Shown here piece after piece: positions 63,032-64,000 of a stretch of DNA of 64,000 bases. Every line of letters begins with the position of its first letter. Position 1 is the stretch's first letter. The stretch lies in the IMG/VR virus record IMGVR_UViG_3300033233_000017, positions 38,727-102,726 of that record. One strand, written 5' to 3'. The position numbers and the translations under genes are program-made. Origin of the DNA: a virus. The notes below the pieces were generated by a model. The model searched no databases. It was not told the DNA's origin and saw nothing but the letters and a program-made list of their open reading frames with translations.

Positions 63032-63469
63032 CGCACCGCTCCTGCATCAGTGATTGCCATAACGCTGAAGACGATCATCACGAAACACACCACAATCACC
63101 GCGATCACCGCCATTACCCAACCGATGTCTTCCGGATATTCGTCCATCATCACTTATTACATACTGCCCGGATCAGCGCCGATAAGATAATCGCCGTTCC
63201 CAGGAAGTACAATGCCCCCAAGATAGATCCTAATTGGGATTGCTGGAAGTAAATCACCATAGTTCCCTCCAAGTATGTGTCCGACGTGTCACCCTGTCAA
63301 GAGTTATTTAGGCTCTTTTTGTTGCTTTTCGTCCCAGAGCGAAAATTGCTCCAAACTTACTCCCGACTTACGATGCTCCTGGTAACGTATGCGCGCGTAC
63401 CCGTGGCGCTCCAGCAGGCGCAGCATTGTCAACCGGAGTAACTCAGCGTTAGAGATAGTGAGTTCCGTC

Positions 63470-63679
63470 CTACCGTGCATGGTTGATTTCCCGGATGCGC
63501 TCCATGCTCTGGTCCATTTTCTGATTCAATGCGTTGGAGACACGGCACACTTCGACTTCCAGAGCATGTAACATCTCGACCAGCGGGGCATCGGTCGGAA
63601 AAGGTGCAGCCCCCGGAATCTCCATGATCCTCCAGATGCGGAAGATGACTCTACGGCACGCCTGTTCTTCGGTTGTCAT
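63470..63679 (-). CDS. hypothetical protein
   Basis: RBS AAGGAG; coupled to the upstream ORF. Confidence 0.45.
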   Translation of the reverse strand: MTTEEQACRRVIFRIWRIMEIPGAAPFPTDAPLVEMLHALEVEVCRVSNALNQKMDQSMERIREINHAR

Positions 63680-63879
63680 GGCGTGCTCCTTCCGTATTTC
63701 TCCATCAGGCTCGCCAGTTCGCGCTGATACTGAGCGTTGTTCTCGGCAGTGATGGCATCGAATCGTGACTGAACAAACACGAAGCCTGTGCAGTCACGGG
63801 GATTGGAGTGCTCTCTCGCTATGCGATCACAGGCTCCGCACCGTTGATTGTGATACGGTATGCCCAACTGGTCATCCAT
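63676..63879 (-). CDS. hypothetical protein
   Basis: ORF track; CxxC motif. Confidence 0.4.
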   Translation of the reverse strand: MDDQLGIPYHNQRCGACDRIAREHSNPRDCTGFVFVQSRFDAITAENNAQYQRELASLMEKYGRSTP

Positions 63880-64000
63880 GAATTCACACTTTAGTGAGGA
63901 CGTGCGGCTTCTTTGCGTCTCCTCCAGATTCGACGTATTCCTTCATCGCGGACATGGCAAAGTCGAGGACGCGGCGGGCGATCTCGTCGGGAATGTTGTC

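Larger units (their letters stand above)
1016..63400. repeat. dispersed 14-bp pseudo-palindrome GTAYGYGCRCRTAC (9 exact copies, 6 one-mismatch copies, 1 shortened)
   Basis: Exact at 1016, 3625, 13976, 19763, 31475, 35028, 52461, 58998, 63387. One mismatch at 6675, 23221, 43325, 47670, 54112, 56490. Shortened 12-bp palindrome GTATGCGCATAC at 39017. Confidence 0.9.

Noticed and set aside
1016-63400. CRISPR array or IS terminal-repeat explanation for the 14-bp motif
   Set aside because: Copies are kilobases apart with no regular spacers, and no cas or transposase genes are present.

Overview
This 64-kb window is part of a GC-rich (roughly 60%) tailed dsDNA phage or prophage with a short-tail, P22/crAss-like virion module. 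No host housekeeping genes are present. On the + strand (1-4828) are a probable RNA-ligase C-terminus, a TPR-GT9 glycosyltransferase, a GT4 glycosyltransferase and a SAM methyltransferase. They converge on a very long - strand late region. In transcription order from about 56.6 kb this region holds a sigma70-like promoter with a terminator right behind it, about 15 kb of fibre, lyase and beta-helix genes (five with Sec-type signal peptides), terminase, portal, tRNA-Pro(UGG), scaffold, major capsid protein, three adaptor paralogues, a gp10-like tail protein with repeated C-terminal domains, a tail tip, a GNAT-fold protein, three ejection-type proteins and a 3115-aa polyvalent protein. That protein carries ParB-like, SF2 helicase, MutS-I-like, 2H/Acb1-like, ART-like and zincin domains. 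The right end has small early-type genes: ParB-HTH, two HTH proteins and an unannotated Acb2/Tad1-like ORF. Three signals stand out. (1) A 14-bp pseudo-palindrome, GTAYGYGCRCRTAC, recurs about every 4 kb in genes and intergenic gaps. (2) Fibre-like and lyase proteins appear to be exported. (3) A recurring F-[QK]-x(3-8)-EPP motif marks domain junctions of the giant protein, suggesting a processed anti-defence polyprotein. All family calls come from motif recognition by eye; no database search was run.
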